Source of the DNA: Mobula hypostoma
Taxonomy: Eukaryota
Direction: 5' to 3'
Length of the DNA: 64,000 bases
Assembly: GCF_963921235.1 (NCBI RefSeq)
Contig: NC_086097.1
Location: 42,410,001-42,474,000, forward strand
The notes beneath the pieces are model-generated. The model saw nothing but the letters and a program-made list of their open reading frames with translations, was not told the DNA's origin and did not search any database. The position numbers and the translations under genes were made by a program. Shown piece by piece: positions 11,123-24,282 of the stretch (position 1 is its first letter; every line of letters starts with the position of its first letter).

Positions 11123-14100
11123 CTAAGATACCTGTGGTAAACTATATATATATATGTTGTAACCGGGTTACCTGTCTGGACATGCCTGGACACACTCCTC
11201 TGCTGACTGCTCCTGTGGCTCCTCCCACAGACCCCTGAATAAAGGCGATTGTGTCACTGCTCCTCCCTCAGTCCAGGACAGACATATAGCATGGACATTG
11301 GACCATTTACTGTTAATAAAAGCCTTCCAGTATTTACTCTACTTCCAGCCTTTTGGAGTAATTGATAGTGCATCAATACCACTAGAGAAGACCTCAGTGG
11401 TACTAAAGATTTACACAGGTGAAAAAGTGTCTCCCAGAGGAAAACTGAAAGTAAATGTGACATAGGGAGGCCCCCATATGCAACAGTTGGAGCTTTATGT
11501 ATTGAAAAGTGGAGCTCAACTCTTCTCCGATGTGAATGGTTGGGAAAAATCCAACTAGACTGGTAACAATCAAATCTCTCAGTATAACATCAACAGGCAA
11601 CAGCAGCCCAATGGTAGCACTAACCAGAGCCTGGCACAGCTGCTTAATGCTAATGAGAAGGTGTTTGAGAAGGGTATTGACAAACTCAAAGGTACAAAGG
11701 CCAGAATTGAACTGGATGAAACAGCAACACCAAGATTCCATTGAGTATGTCCAGTTCCTTACCCACCATGTCCTAAAGTGGATGCTGAACTGCAGAACTT
11801 GGAAGTATCTGCCATTGTCTCCAAGATTGAGTAGAGCTATTGAGCCACACCAATTGCCCAGTGATCTAGAAAGGGATGGCCAGAGCCTTTCGCTTATGTG
11901 AGTATTTCAACCCAGTGCTGCGTACTGTGCAGTATACTCTGCCACAAATAGAAGACATTTTGCATCTTTGGCAGGCAGGGAGAGGTTTTCAAAGGTTGAC
12001 TTGTCACAAGCTTATCTGCAAATGGAGATTAAGGAGTCACAATCAACACTCACAAGGGACTGTTCCAGTATAATCGTCACATCTTTGGTGTTGCCTCAGC
12101 TCCAACAATTTGGCAAAGAACAATGGACCAAGTACTCCAAGACATCCCAGGACACAGTGTTACCCTTGATGACATTATCATGACTGGCAAAAATGATGAA
12201 GAACACCTCCAGAGCCTTGGAAAAGTACTTATCAGGACAAGTGAATATGGTCTGCATGCAAAGAGAGAGAAATGTGAGTTTTTCAAGAATGAGATCTCAT
12301 ATTGTGGATGAATCAGTGACAAGCATGGCTTACATAAGTCACAAAAGAAGATTGAAGCAGGGCTACAGGCATTCAAACCAGAAAATGTGTCACAATTCAG
12401 GCTATATTTGGGCCTTGTAAACTAATACCACCGGTATCTTTCAGACATTGCGACAGTGAACACACTTTTACAGACAGGTGCAAAGTAGGAATGGTCAGAA
12501 AGATGTGAAGAAGCAGTCAAGGAAACAAAGAGACTAATAACATCTGATGAACTGCTCTCCCATTATGACCCATCCTCAACCATCAGACTGGCGTGTGATG
12601 CATTCTCTTATGGCATTGGAGCCATTTTATCACATATTATGAAAGATGCATCTGTGAGCCTGATTGCATATGCTTAAAGATCACTGACAAGAACGCAACT
12701 GCACACAGTTCAACTGAGAGGTCCTTAGTATGGTATAGGGAATGAAGAAGTTCCATCACTACCCCTACACACAAAAGTTTACACTAGTGACAAATCACCA
12801 CCCCCTTGTGCCCATTTTCAATCCCAGGAAGGGAATTCCAGTGATGACTGCTACCCTATTATAAAATTGTGCACTTTTCCTAGGAGCCCATTCTTATGAC
12901 ATAGAGTTCAAGGGTACCAGACAACACAGAAACACTGATGGCTTGTCACATCTTCCAGTATTGGCAACTGAAGAAGAAAAGTGTTCATACTGTGACTGAG
13001 CAGGAGTGTTCCACACCACATTGGTGGACCAGTTGCCAGTAACAAATTCTGAAATACAAAGGAATACAATGAATGACCTGACATTGATAGAAGTCTATGA
13101 AATCACCACACAAGGATGGCTAGCTCATCCTTGTTTCCAGAGTTCTCAGCGAGACAAGACCAACTGTTTATATATCAAAAAGTGTTGATGTACGGATCTT
13201 GTGTTGTGATTCTCTCTAAACTGCGCACCAGAGTGTTAGAAAATCTGTGTGAAGGACACCTCCGTACAGTCAAAATGAGGAGTCTTGCCCGGAGCTACAT
13301 GTGGTGCTGGGAATAGATAAACAGATTGAAAACACGGCCAAAAGCTGTTTAGGATGCCAAAAAGTTTAAAATGCACCCCACAGGTGCATTACACCTGTGG
13401 GAGTGGCTGTCGTCACCATGGCAAAGAGTTCATATTGACATTGCTGGGCCATTCATGAACCCAGTGTTTCTGATTTCTATGGGTGCTCATTCAAAGTGGC
13501 CGAAGTTTGTACCAATGAAGTCAACTCCCTCAGCCATAACTGTTTCCACTCAGAGGACGATCTTCACCAGAAATGGCTTACCAGAACAAATTGTGAGTGA
13601 CGACAGACCACAATACACATCAGAAGAATTCCGACTGTTCATGAAGAAAGATGGCATCAGATATTTCAAGTCAGCTCCTCACCACCCAGCAATGAATGGG
13701 TTAGCTGAAAGGTTCATCCAAACCTTCAAGAAGTCCATTAAAGTGATGGACAAGGAGGACATTTCTCTACAGCACAAGGTGGGTAACTTCCTTTTCGTGT
13801 ATCAGAACTCTGTTCATGTGATGACAAATCAAATACCTGCAATGCTGTTCGTGAACAGGAATCTGAGATCTCGCATTGACCTCCTGAAACCAGATCTACA
13901 GAGGGAAGTGCAGAATAAACAATTTAACCAGTTGCCAAGTGAAGCAGCAAGGAGCTTTGAAATTGGACAGTAAGTCCTAGCACATGGTTACTGAGAGGAC
14001 AAGTGGACACCCAATAGGATAGCTATAAGAACTGGACCACTGATGTACACAGTGGATGTTGAAGGTCAGACAAGGAGATGTCATGTGGACCAGATACTGG

Positions 14101-14653
14101 ATACTCAACTGAAGAACACAGCTGAGTCAACTGCATCCAACAAGATGGACACGATACAGTCACCGGACTCACCTCTCAGTGATGATGTCACTGACAGCAA
14201 CGTGACACCAGAAACTGAGAACTTTGTCTTAGACAAGACACCTACCAAACTTGATGCAACTCCACCGGTCCTGAGGCGTTATACCGAAAGAAACAGAGCC
14301 ATCCAAAAGAATGAATATTTAGAACAGTGAAGTTAGTTCTGGACTGTTATTGTGAAAGCACATTTAGTTGGAACATGGTTAGTGAAAGGGAAATAGAATG
14401 TTTTGTACATAAACAGTTTTATGTTGCATTAATCTAACGGGGGGAGGGGGGAAATGTAACGTATGGATCTATTTCAGTGACCCTGCTCCCCCTTGGCACC
14501 ATGTATTGATGTGTTGTCTGCACATGTGCTGTTGTCTATGCATGTACATTGTTCTCTCTCTCTCCTTCACTAAAATGTAAGTACACCAGTTAAAACCATG
14601 TCCCACATGAGTGCTCTTATTTAATCGATATGTAGTTGCACACAGACACAACA
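11123..14653 (+). mobile_element. Decayed Ty3/Gypsy retrotransposon (protease end, RT, RNase H, integrase, PPT, 3' LTR 14455-14653); 5' part missing
   Basis: FSKVDLSQAYLQ, LDDIIMTG, KCEFFK; integrase PWQRVHIDIAGPF..GLPEQIVSD..NGLAERF; PPT ggggggaggggggaaa before tgtaac...acaaca. Confidence 0.93.
11133..11375 (+). mobile_element. Solo LTR (243 bp) inserted in the Gypsy protease region
   Basis: TG...CA ends, aataaa signals, exact 5-bp TSD atacc at 11128-11132 and 11376-11380. Confidence 0.9.
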
Positions 14654-15855
14654 AAAAGCACTAGGATAGGTAAGTCCTAAGGGCTGGACAGGATATACCC
14701 CAGGTATTAAGCAAGAGAAGAAATTGCTCTGCCTTTGGTGATGATCATTTCATCCTCACTGGCCACGGTTGTAGTATCAGAAAATTGGAGGGTGGCAAAT
14801 ATTATTCCTTTGTCCAAGAAAGTTAATCAGAATTCTGGAAATTATAGATCAGTGAGTCCTACTTCAGTGGTGGAAAAATTGTTGGAGTGGATTCCTAGAG
14901 ACAGGATGTATGAGCATTTGTGAAAGTATCGCCTGATAAGGGATAGTTAGCATGGCTTTGTGAAGAGCAGGTCATACCTCACAAACCTGATTGAATTCTT
15001 TGAAGAAGAGACAAAACATATCAATGAAGGCAGAGCAGTGGATGGGGCTTATCTGGAATTTAGTAATGCATTTGACAAGGTTCCCCGTGGAAGGCTCGTT
15101 CAGAAAGTTAGCAGGCACAGGATCCAGGCAAACTTGGATGTGTGGATTCAGAGTTGGCTTTCCCACGGAAGGCAGTGGGTGGTAGTAGATGGAGTACATT
15201 CTGCTTGGAGGTCAGTGACCAGTGGTGTTCCGCGGGGATCTGTTCTGGGACACCTGCTCTTTGTGATGTTTATAAATGACTTGGATGAGGAAGTGGAAGG
15301 GTGAGTTAATAAATTTGCAGATGACACAAAGGTTGGTAGTGCTGTGGATAGTGTAGAGCATTGTTGTAGGTCACGGCAGCACATTAGTAGGATGCAGAGC
15401 TGGGCTGCAAAGTAGCAGATGGAGTTTAGTCCTGCAAAGTGTGAAGAGATACACTTTGAAAGTTCAAAGGCAGAATACAGGGTTAATGGCAGAGTTCTTA
15501 GTACTGTGGAGAAACAAAGGGATTTTGGAATCCACGTCCATAGATATCTCAAATTTGCTGCACAAGTTGATAGCGTGGTTAAGAAGGCATATGATGTGTT
15601 GGCCTTTATTAGTTGGGGGATTGAGTTCAAAAGCTGTGAGGTAATATAGCAGCTCTGTAAAGATCTGGTTAGACCACACTTGGAATATTGTGTTCTGTTC
15701 TGGTTGCCTCATTATAGAAAGGATGTGGAAGGCTCAGAAAAGGTGCAGAAGAGATTGACCAGCATCCTGTCTGGATTAGAGAACATGTCCTATGAGAACA
15801 GTTTGAGTGCGCCAGGGCTTTTCTCCATATAGCCAATGGAGACAAGAGGAGAGAT
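14654..15855 (+). mobile_element. CR1 ORF2 RT fragment
   Basis: [44 protein letters not shown]; stops and frameshifts. Confidence 0.92.
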
Positions 15856-16111
15856 TTTTTTTTAGTACGGTCAAGAAGAAATTCAAGAGTTCAGGACACT
15901 GAAACCTGGCTGAGTGGTGCCACAACCACAACCTCTTACTCAATGTCAGCAAGACCAAGGAGTAGATTGTTGATCTCAGGAGGAGGAAACCGGAGGTCCA
16001 TAATCCAATCCACTTTGGGGGATCAGAGATGGCAAAGGTCATCAATTTTAAATTCCTTGATGTTATCATTTCAAGGGACCTGTCCTGGGCCCAGCATGTA
16101 AGTGGAATTTA

Positions 16112-16722
16112 CTTCGCCTTTACTTCCTGAGAAAACTAAAGAAATTTGGCCTGTCCCCTAAAACCCTCACTAATTTTTACAGATGCACCGTAGAAAGCAT
16201 TCTTCTAGGGTGCATCACGACTTGGTATGGAAGTTGTCCTGTCCAAGACCAGAAGAAGCTGCAGAAGATCGTGAACACGGTGAAGCACATCACACAAACC
16301 AATCTTCCGTCCTTAGACTCACCTTACACCGCACGCTTTCGGAGCACTGCTGTCAGGATAATCAAGGACACAACCCACCCAGCCAACACACTTTTCGTCC
16401 CTCTTCCCTCCGGGAGAAGGCTCAGGAGCTTGAAGACTCATACGGCCAGATTTGGGAACAGCTTCTTTCCAACTGTGTTAAGATTGCTGAACGGATCCTG
16501 ACCTGGATCTGGGCCATACCCTCCAAATATCCGGACCTGCATCTCGGTTTTTTTGCACTACCTTACTTACCATTTTTCTATTTTCTATTTATGATTTATA
16601 ATTTAAATTTTTAATATTTACTATCGATTTGTAATCCAGGGAGCGGGAAGCGCAGAATCAAATATCGCTATGATGATTGTACGTTCTAGTATCAATTGTA
16701 TGGCGACAATAAAGTATAAAGT
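16112..16722 (+). mobile_element. Second Rex1/Babar 3' fragment nested in the first
   Basis: RLYFLRKLKKFG..ESILLGCITTWYG..LPSGRRLRSLKTHTARFGNSFFP; own tail 'caataaagtataaagt'. Confidence 0.8.
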
Positions 16723-17254
16723 AAGTAATTATGAAGGAAGCACGGCTCTACTTCCTTAGTAACTTGCGAAGGTTTGGTATGACATCTAAAACTTCGACAA
16801 ACCTCTCTGAATGTGTGGTGGAGAGCATATTGACTGGCTGCATAACGGCCCGGTCTGGAAACACAAATGTCATTGAACAGAAAATCCAACAAAAAGTAAT
16901 GAATACGGCCCTGTCCATCATGCGTAAAGCCCCTCTCCCATATCACTCAACACATGGAAATAGAGAATAGTCACAGGAAAGCAGCATCCGTCATCAGGGA
17001 CCCCCCACCACCCAGATCATGCTCTCTCCTCTTCACTGTCATCAGGAAGAAGGTACAGGAGCCTCAGGACTCAAACCGCCAGGTTTGCGAACAGTTTTTA
17101 CCCCTCAACCATATCGTCTTGAACCAAAGGGGATAGCTTCACTCAACTTCACTTGTCCCATTACTGAAATGTTCCCACAACCTCAGGACCCACTTTCAAG
17201 GATTCTTCAACTCATGTTCTCAATATTTATTGTTTGCTTGTTTGTTTGTTTATT

Positions 17255-17635
17255 TTCTCGGCTCAAGTTGGTAAAACCTGAGGTACTGGCATTGCCCAGC
17301 ATTCATTTCTCAATTACAAGGAACTTTCAGACTACTCTAGCGGTGTTTAGTATTGTGGCTTTCTGGAGATTTACATAAATATTGCTGTGTTTAATGCTAT
17401 TGTGTTGTGACTTTCGGATGATACCAGTTGCAGATATTACTATCGGGACAGTGTATACCCTGTTCATGTCCCATAGTCTTTCAATTTCCTTTTTTAATTC
17501 AGCATATTTCTGGTGTTTCTCACTTACTGATTTCTGTGTGTTATATGTGTTTGGAATGGCTGTATGGATTAAGTAATTTGTTCTTGCTTGTTTATCTTGT
17601 ATTATTATATCCAGACAGTTATTATGGACCATCCG
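17255..17635 (-). mobile_element. R4/Dong-like non-LTR element 3' fragment (restriction-like endonuclease)
   Basis: ORF 17327..17632 DIIIQDK..IP..EKHQKYAELKKEIERLW..VPIVISATGII..LQKATILNTARVV. Confidence 0.75.
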
Positions 17636-18079
17636 TGAGGAGGAAACCAGAGGTCCATGAGCCAGTCCACATTGGCTGTATTGTATCTATTATTAATTTT
17701 TTTGCTTTTTGTATTGGCACAGTTTGTTATCTTTTCAACACCAGTTATACACGCAGTTTGTGCAGCCTTTCATTGATTCTATTACAGTTATTGAATTTAT
17801 TGAGAATACCCATAAGAAAATGAATCTCAGGGTTGTATATGGTAACATATATGTACTTTGAAAATAACTTTGCCTTGAACTTTGACTTTTCTGGGCTCTT
17901 GATCAAGCCTGATTATTGGGAACCATGTTTCCCACTTCTTTAATGTTTTGGAACTCTCTCCCCATCACTTTGTTTCCTTTAAGACACTTGATTAGAAATA
18001 TATCTTTGAACGAACTTTTGGTCAACTACCCTATACTGCTTTGTGTGACTTTGTGTCATATTTTGTTTCATAAACAATT

Positions 18080-18820
18080 GCTGAATTAAAGGGTATGAGC
18101 TGTAAGAGAGGTTGGATAAACCTCTCGGGTTATTTTCTCTAGAATTTCAAATGCTGAGGGGAGAACTGATTGAAGTTTATAAAATTATGAAAGGCGTTGA
18201 TAGGGTAGACAGGCAGAATCTTTTCTCCCAAATTTCAAATACTAGTCGGCATGCATTTAATTTATTTGTATTACTTAGGGATACGGCACAGAATAGTCCG
18301 TTCTGGACCTTCGAGCCAAGCCATCCAGCAATCCTGACAGCCCCAATTTAACCCTATCCTAACCACAGTGCAATTTACAATGCCCAATTAACCTAGCTGG
18401 TACATCTTTGGACTGTGGAAGGAAACCAAAGTGCCCAAAGAAAACCACTCATCCACGGGGAGGACGTACAGAGGGTCCTTTCAGAGAATGCTGAGACTGA
18501 ACTCCAAACTCCAACAGCCAGAGCTGTAATAGCATCATGCTAACCGCTACACTTCCATGGAGTGAACGTATTTAGGAAGTTGTACAGGGCAAGTTTTTTC
18601 CCCCACAAAGTGTAGTCACCTGGAACAGACTCCCAAGGGTAGTAGTGGTAGCAGATACAATTGTGGCATTAAAAAAGTTGCTATAAACTTGAATATTCTG
18701 AGATGGAAGGATATGAATTGTGTACAGGTGGAAAAGACAGTTTAATTTGGCATTGTGTTCTGTGCAAACATTGCAGGCTGAAGGGCTTGTCCTGTGCTGT
18801 GCTTTCTACTGTTCTATAAC
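18080..18820 (+). mobile_element. CR1 3' end, interrupted by a SINE
   Basis: LGLFSLE..LRGELIEVYKIMKGVDRVD; 3' UTR gctgaagggcttgtcctgtgctg..gttctat. Confidence 0.85.
18260..18560 (-). mobile_element. V-SINE (HE1-like tRNA-derived SINE)
   Basis: V-domain-like 'tttggactgtggaaggaaaccaaagtgcccaaagaaaacc' and tRNA-like head 'gctaaccgctacac' (reverse complement). Confidence 0.75.
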
Positions 18821-19837
18821 CGTTCCATGAAGCTACATTAAGGATGTTATATGAATGCCAACTTTTCGTGAGATGCAACTGGTATAACAATCAAGAAGGA
18901 TAATAGAATGCAAACCTCATTTAAAAGTTTTTCCAAAACATAATGAGGACAATTTCACCTGCTCACTTCATTCCAACAAGGCAAATGACATTCAGCACCT
19001 TGCAACAGATTGAAACAAGCCTTTAGTTATTTCCATCAGCAGATAAATATTAATAAGCTTATTTAAATAGATTGCTGGTACATTTTGTTGTCAACATAGC
19101 AGTATAATTTTGAGTCTGTGAGTCAACATGAAAGAATTCACAAGTATTTCTGAGGTGAGAAGTAGCCTGATGCCATGAGCTATAAATACTTATATTTCAC
19201 TTCCAGGAGACAGAGAGATTAAAGTATCCAATTTTGTGTTCTGATTTACACATACAGCACGATTTTGGCCAGAGAACTTTTGCAGAAATGAGGTATTTCT
19301 TTCTTCTGTAAATCGTTGGTAGGGATAGATGCGAAAAGTTAGGAACTCCCATGTTGTTGTTTACCTCTGATAACGCAGGTTCCCTAACAGCTGCAATATT
19401 TGCATTTTAAGTTGGATTCAGCTATAACAAGGATGGGACAAGCAGAAAAACAAATCATAACAGTCTTGCTGGGTCAATTTAATCCATTTGTTTGTGCTGG
19501 AAAACTAGATACTTCTTATTTTGGGTATTTCCTCTGGCCAACATTAAGAATCTCCAACTGGATATGTTTGAGTTTCTGATACTGACCCTGTCGCCAACTA
19601 TGCACCAGTATTTCAAATGGGCATCTCTTACTAGAGCAATGTGAATTGTTGAACTTCTCATAACAAAAATAATGGCCTTGACTGTACTTTGGGTGGCTCT
19701 TAAATGGACATATCACAATCGAACAACATCCCTCCATTTACAGGGGAGTGTCACTACAGCATGAATGGTTATAGTTTCACTCCTGTGCCTGGTGTCACTT
19801 TTCATACAATCCATATATGTTTATAAGCTGTCTTATG

Positions 19838-20175
19838 TACAGTGGATTTCGATTAATCGGTGCGGTCTCTTGTTTGGGACAACTCAAAGAGCAAAAACTA
19901 ATTAAGAAAATAGCCAGAATTCCCTTTGTTTATTTGGGACACTATGCCGTTTAATTGGGACAGGAGACTGTTGCCGATCAGATTCGAACTAGCATTAGTG
20001 ATGTGCGCTTGTGTGGCTGTCAGACACTACACCGTGCTTGCAGCGAACAGTTTTTAAACTGCGTTAGTTGCATGTGTTTGTGTTTAAAAAGCAGGCGTTT
20101 TTGTCACTGGTAGTTGGCAGGTGATAGGCCGTAAGGCAATTCAGAACTGCTCTGCTCACTGCAGTTTCAATCATT
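19838..20175. mobile_element. Tigger/pogo-like DNA transposon remnant
   Basis: Starts ta|cagtggatttcgattaat; repeated 'tttgggaca/aattgggaca' subterminal motifs. Confidence 0.5.
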
Positions 20176-20419
20176 TAATCGGACCCGGAGCTCCTAAGGC
20201 AGTCCTACATTGAGTTCAATGCTGACTAGCAACTCCTGCAACTGGTACCAAACTGTATCGGTCTCACTAATCCTTTGGATTCATCAGCTGTGAGGAGGGG
20301 GGAAGCCTGCTGCATGGGTAACAGCTTGTTCTCCATGTTGTGCTGCCCTGGCTTGTGTACCAAATGTACCAGCTAGTGTGAAATATCCATGGTCGACCAT
20401 GAGGGCCTCCCTATCTTTA

Positions 20420-20643
20420 TTAGATAGATAGATAGATAGACATACTTTATTGATCCTGAGGGAAACTGAGTTTCGTTAAAGCTGCACCAACCAAGAATAG
20501 AGCATAAATATAGCAATACAAAAACCACAAACAATCAAACAACAATATGCAAACTACGCCAAATGGAAATAAGTCCAGGACCAGCCTATTGGCTCAGGGT
20601 GTCTGACCCTCCACGGGAGGAGCTGCAAAGTTCAATGGCCACA
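20420..20643 (-). mobile_element. Rex1-like LINE 3' end with (taga)n tail
   Basis: (taga)n + 'catactttattgatcctgagggaaac' is the reverse complement of the 38520-38550 tail type. Confidence 0.7.
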
Positions 20644-20874
20644 TAATTATTGTGTTTCTTCTTATTATTATTATTCTCTTTATCTTATTTTTTTTTTGGT
20701 GCTGCATCGGATCTGGAGTAACAATTCTCCTTCACACTTGAATACAGAAAATGACATTAAACAATCTTGAATCTTGAACAATGATGCAGGAGTTTTGAAG
20801 AATGTTCTCAGAGAGTTAGAGGTGATCGCAAATAAGTTTCGTTTTAATTATCCACTTCCAGAATGTGTGCAGTT

Positions 20875-21180
20875 ATTTTCCATCCCTAAATGACCCAAAT
20901 TGAGGAGACAGTTACGTATCAATCACATTAGTGGATCTAAAGTCACTTTCACACCAGACAGAGCAAGAATGATCAGGACCTTCCCTGAAGGACATTAGTG
21001 AATATCATGTGTTTCTACAGCAACAGTTATATTGTTAGAATTACTGACTTTAATTCAAGATTTATTTCATTAATTGAATCTGATTTCTCCCAGATGCCAT
21101 AGTGGGATTCATATTCGTAAGTCTGGATCAATGACCTGGAACACTAGCTGTTAATCCAGTAGCTATATTTCTACACAACT
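20875..21180 (-). mobile_element. Old SINE-like repeat
   Basis: 'ccttccctgaaggacattagtgaa' and 'gccatagtgggattcat' resemble a chondrichthyan tRNA-SINE (from memory). Confidence 0.45.
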
Positions 21181-22505
21181 ATACTTCTCAATGTCTGTTC
21201 ATACTTTCAACAGCCAAAGACTTAATTAGGGTTTTTGAGTGAGAATTCTTTTCTAGGTTCCCAAATATGTCAATTTTTCTAATCTTTTCACTGGTCAGAT
21301 GAGCATTTTCTGTCGTAATCATAGTATTTCTTTCAAAGAAAATCCCCAAGACCAGTTTCAAGAAAGCACAATTACCTTTGATCCTTCACTGATTAATTTA
21401 GTTACTCTTTATATCCCCAATCTGTCCAGGAATCACTCATAGGGAATTTCACATTCTTCCTTATGAAGCCGCAAAATGCCTGTAATTGCATTGGGTGATC
21501 TAAATTGAGTCACTTTAATCTGATTATTCATGCAAAATCTAGATATTAAGAATACTAATGCAGGGTTTGTCCAGGAATGGATATCATTCTTAGCAATAAG
21601 GTGTAAAAATACGCCAGGTTCTTTCAGGACCATTTCTTGTACAGTGTTCAACGGGAGCATTGTACAAGAAGTGCTCCTGAAAGAAATTAGTGTTTCTTTG
21701 CATATTACTACTAAGAATAATAACCATGTTTTATTATCGATAATTAAATGAAATATTGAAATGATGTGTACATTACAGCGGTGACTCAACTTCACAAAAC
21801 ACTTTATTGACTGTAAAATGTTTCGGGAAGTCCAGTGGTTCTAAAAGGTGCTCTATAAACACATGCTTTTCTGTGCTGCTAATGGATAATCTCATAAATT
21901 TAATACAAGGATAGGAACGTTGCACTCTGCTTGCTCACTGAATCAGAGCACAGATGGACATATTTTAATTAAACTTAGATTGGGATGAATAACTACCAGA
22001 ATTACTCATTGATTTGGTTCCCTATGCCCCTTTCCCCTCTGCAGCTCCTGCGAAGGTACTTACAGTTCTTCACTGTAAACACGCCACTTCTAAATTAAGA
22101 CAATTTAAATAAATCAATTTCCAAAGAATGATAAATGTGCTCCCAGGATATCATTAAATATTTGAACAGCGTGCCAGGTTCAACAAGCTAACACAAGAAA
22201 TGAATGCACAGAACACCAATATGTAATGTCATTCCAGTTTTGTCTCCACCACTAATGTTGCACCCTTGGCGAAAGCAGTAGTAGAAAGCAAATACAGCAC
22301 AGGCAATCTGAATGACTGTGAGGCTCAAATATTTTTGTTATTGAACTGTTGTGCCAACCTGGGTAGCCACAATTCCATTTTACTTTATATCCTGTAGAGT
22401 AAGTCAGCCCATGGGATGTCACATGTGATGTCAACAGAATCTTCATTATACATTTATTTAAATCCCTGTGTGTTAATATATTAGATGACCAGTCCTAGGG
22501 CCAGC

Positions 22506-23769
22506 TGTCAGGGTCACCTGCGAACTCAAGTGCAGGAACCCCAGAGACTTCGGCAATTCAAACAAAACAAAAGATTTATTACAAAAATTAATTGGCAAAA
22601 CTAAATGGGAACTCAGTCAGTCTATACAGAATCTTGAAGCACGATACACAGAAGAACGTGGTCAGAGTTTAACTAGGCAAGGGTCCACAATGACCTAGCA
22701 AAGAGGGGTTAGCAAGCCTGCCCTGGAACACATAGAAATTCAGGACCTATCAGGCAATCCCAGTGTACAGATGAAGCAATAACCCACCAGAAACAACTCC
22801 AATGCAAGTCATTGAAAACCCCATGCTAATTCAATCACTCCAAATTGAATAAAAGTGATAAATAAAAGCGGCCGCTCCAAAATGATATTGTATTTGTAAG
22901 TAGGTACCGTGCACAATCCTGATTTGATAGAGACAGACGTGAGAAGCACGGAGGAACATCTGGAGAAGCTTCTGAAATGCCTACTTCACTGCCGCTGCTA
23001 CTGTGCAATCGAGAATCTCCGGAGGGGAAGGCCCCAAATCCTCGGCTTTGCCTATTGCCGGGGCCAGGGTCGAAGCGCTCGGCAGAGATGGTGCTCGGTG
23101 CTCAGTGTCAGTGGCTCGAAGTTTTCGGATGGACTCAAGAGTCGGCTGTGGTCGGGTGCTTCCAGGGTGCTGCATCGGCAGGTTTGCGGCGCTGGAAGCT
23201 CATGGCAGGGAGAGTTTTTCTTCCTTCTACCGTCTGTGTGAGATGATGGGACTTTCGAGAGACTTTGAGACTCTTTTTTACCGTGACCATGGTCTGTTCT
23301 TTATCAAATTATGGTATTGCTTTGCATTGTTGTAACTGTATGTTACAACAGTTTATGTGGTTTTACATAAACTGATTATGATGATATAAACTGACATTAA
23401 ACTGATTATTTTACATAAACTAATTATGTGGTTTTTGTCAGTTTTTCAGTCTTGGTTGTCTTGTTTTCTGTGATATCATTCTGGAGGAACATTGTATCAT
23501 TTCTTAATGCATGCATTACTAAATGACAATAAAAGAGGACTGCATGTCCTCATAATCTAATCTAATCTAACCTAAATACAAAGGGAGTTTAACGATCCCC
23601 ATGATACCAAATGCAACATAGACTGAAAAACCAGAGCTAGTCCAAAGACAAATAATTAGTCATAAAAGGTAAGAAATCCCAAGAACAACTGCATACCTGA
23701 GAAAGTACAATCCACATACTAACTGGGAAAAACTTTTCTATTTCTTTTAAATGACCGCTGGTTATGACA
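22506..23769. mobile_element. Solo LTR with nested non-autonomous retroelement
   Basis: Ends tgtca...tgaca; exact 5-bp TSD ccagc at 22501-22505 and 23770-23774. Confidence 0.85.
22869..23573 (+). mobile_element. Non-autonomous non-LTR retroelement with (aatct)n tail, copy 1
   Basis: Colinear with 41200-41884; GC-rich 5' half, AT-rich 3' half, tail aatctaatctaatct. Confidence 0.8.
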
Positions 23770-24174
23770 CCAGCATATAGATATTGTATAATCACAAGGA
23801 AATTTTACCTTTTTAGGGGGTCAAGGAGTTTCTGCTTTTCATTGCATAGTTTAACAAACTTCTACAGATGTGCTGTTGAAAGTATCCTGAAAGGAGAGAG
23901 AGAATCAGTGCATACTTGTAAGTTTCACTTCACAGGATGCTGAAAGAGGTTAAGTCAACTAATTGATTGTTCAAAGGTGATTGGCTAATTAACAGCAGCC
24001 AATACAAAGAAGATTGAGGCAATCAGAATAGCCTTTATGTGAGAGTGGATCATAGCTCAAAAGGCTGATAATTGTAGTGAGAGTAAGAACATTAAAAAGG
24101 GTGACCACCAGGAAAAGTAAGATGAATAGGCAGTCAGCCCCCTCAATAACAGGTACATCTTTTGCCTAAGACAG

Positions 24175-24282
24175 GATATAGTCCTAATGAAGGGTCTCGG
24201 ACCCAAACGTCCACTATTTACTCTTCTTCATAGATGCTCCCTGGCCTGCCAAGTTCCTCAAGCATTTTGTGTGTGTTGCTAA
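24175..24282 (+). repeat. PLE terminal fragment with degenerate hammerhead
   Basis: agtcctaatgaagggtctcggacccaaacgtcc..gttcctcaagcattttgtgtgtgttgct. Confidence 0.7.

Larger units (their letters stand above)
15890..17890 (+). mobile_element. Rex1/Babar-like LINE 3' part containing nested insertions
   Basis: WC..HNLLLNVSKTKE, RLYFLSNLRRFG..VVESILTGCITA; tail 'gaactttgacttt'. Confidence 0.8.

Noticed and set aside
13371..13973. Domesticated integrase gene
   Set aside because: Embedded in a stop- and frameshift-ridden Gypsy pol with PPT and LTR; the ORF itself is truncated
15148..15630. Antisense ORFs over CR1 RT (also 61582-62076, 62225-62599, 55000-55413)
   Set aside because: Shadow frames of RT coding sequence
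19479..19737. Short Cys/His-rich ORFs in unique DNA
   Set aside because: No recognisable motif or splice support; length expected by chance
21376..21479. Minus-strand exon (AFCGFIRKNVKFPMSDSWTDWGYKE*)
   Set aside because: Poor pyrimidine tract, stops in the frames checked before the donor, no recognisable protein or partner exons
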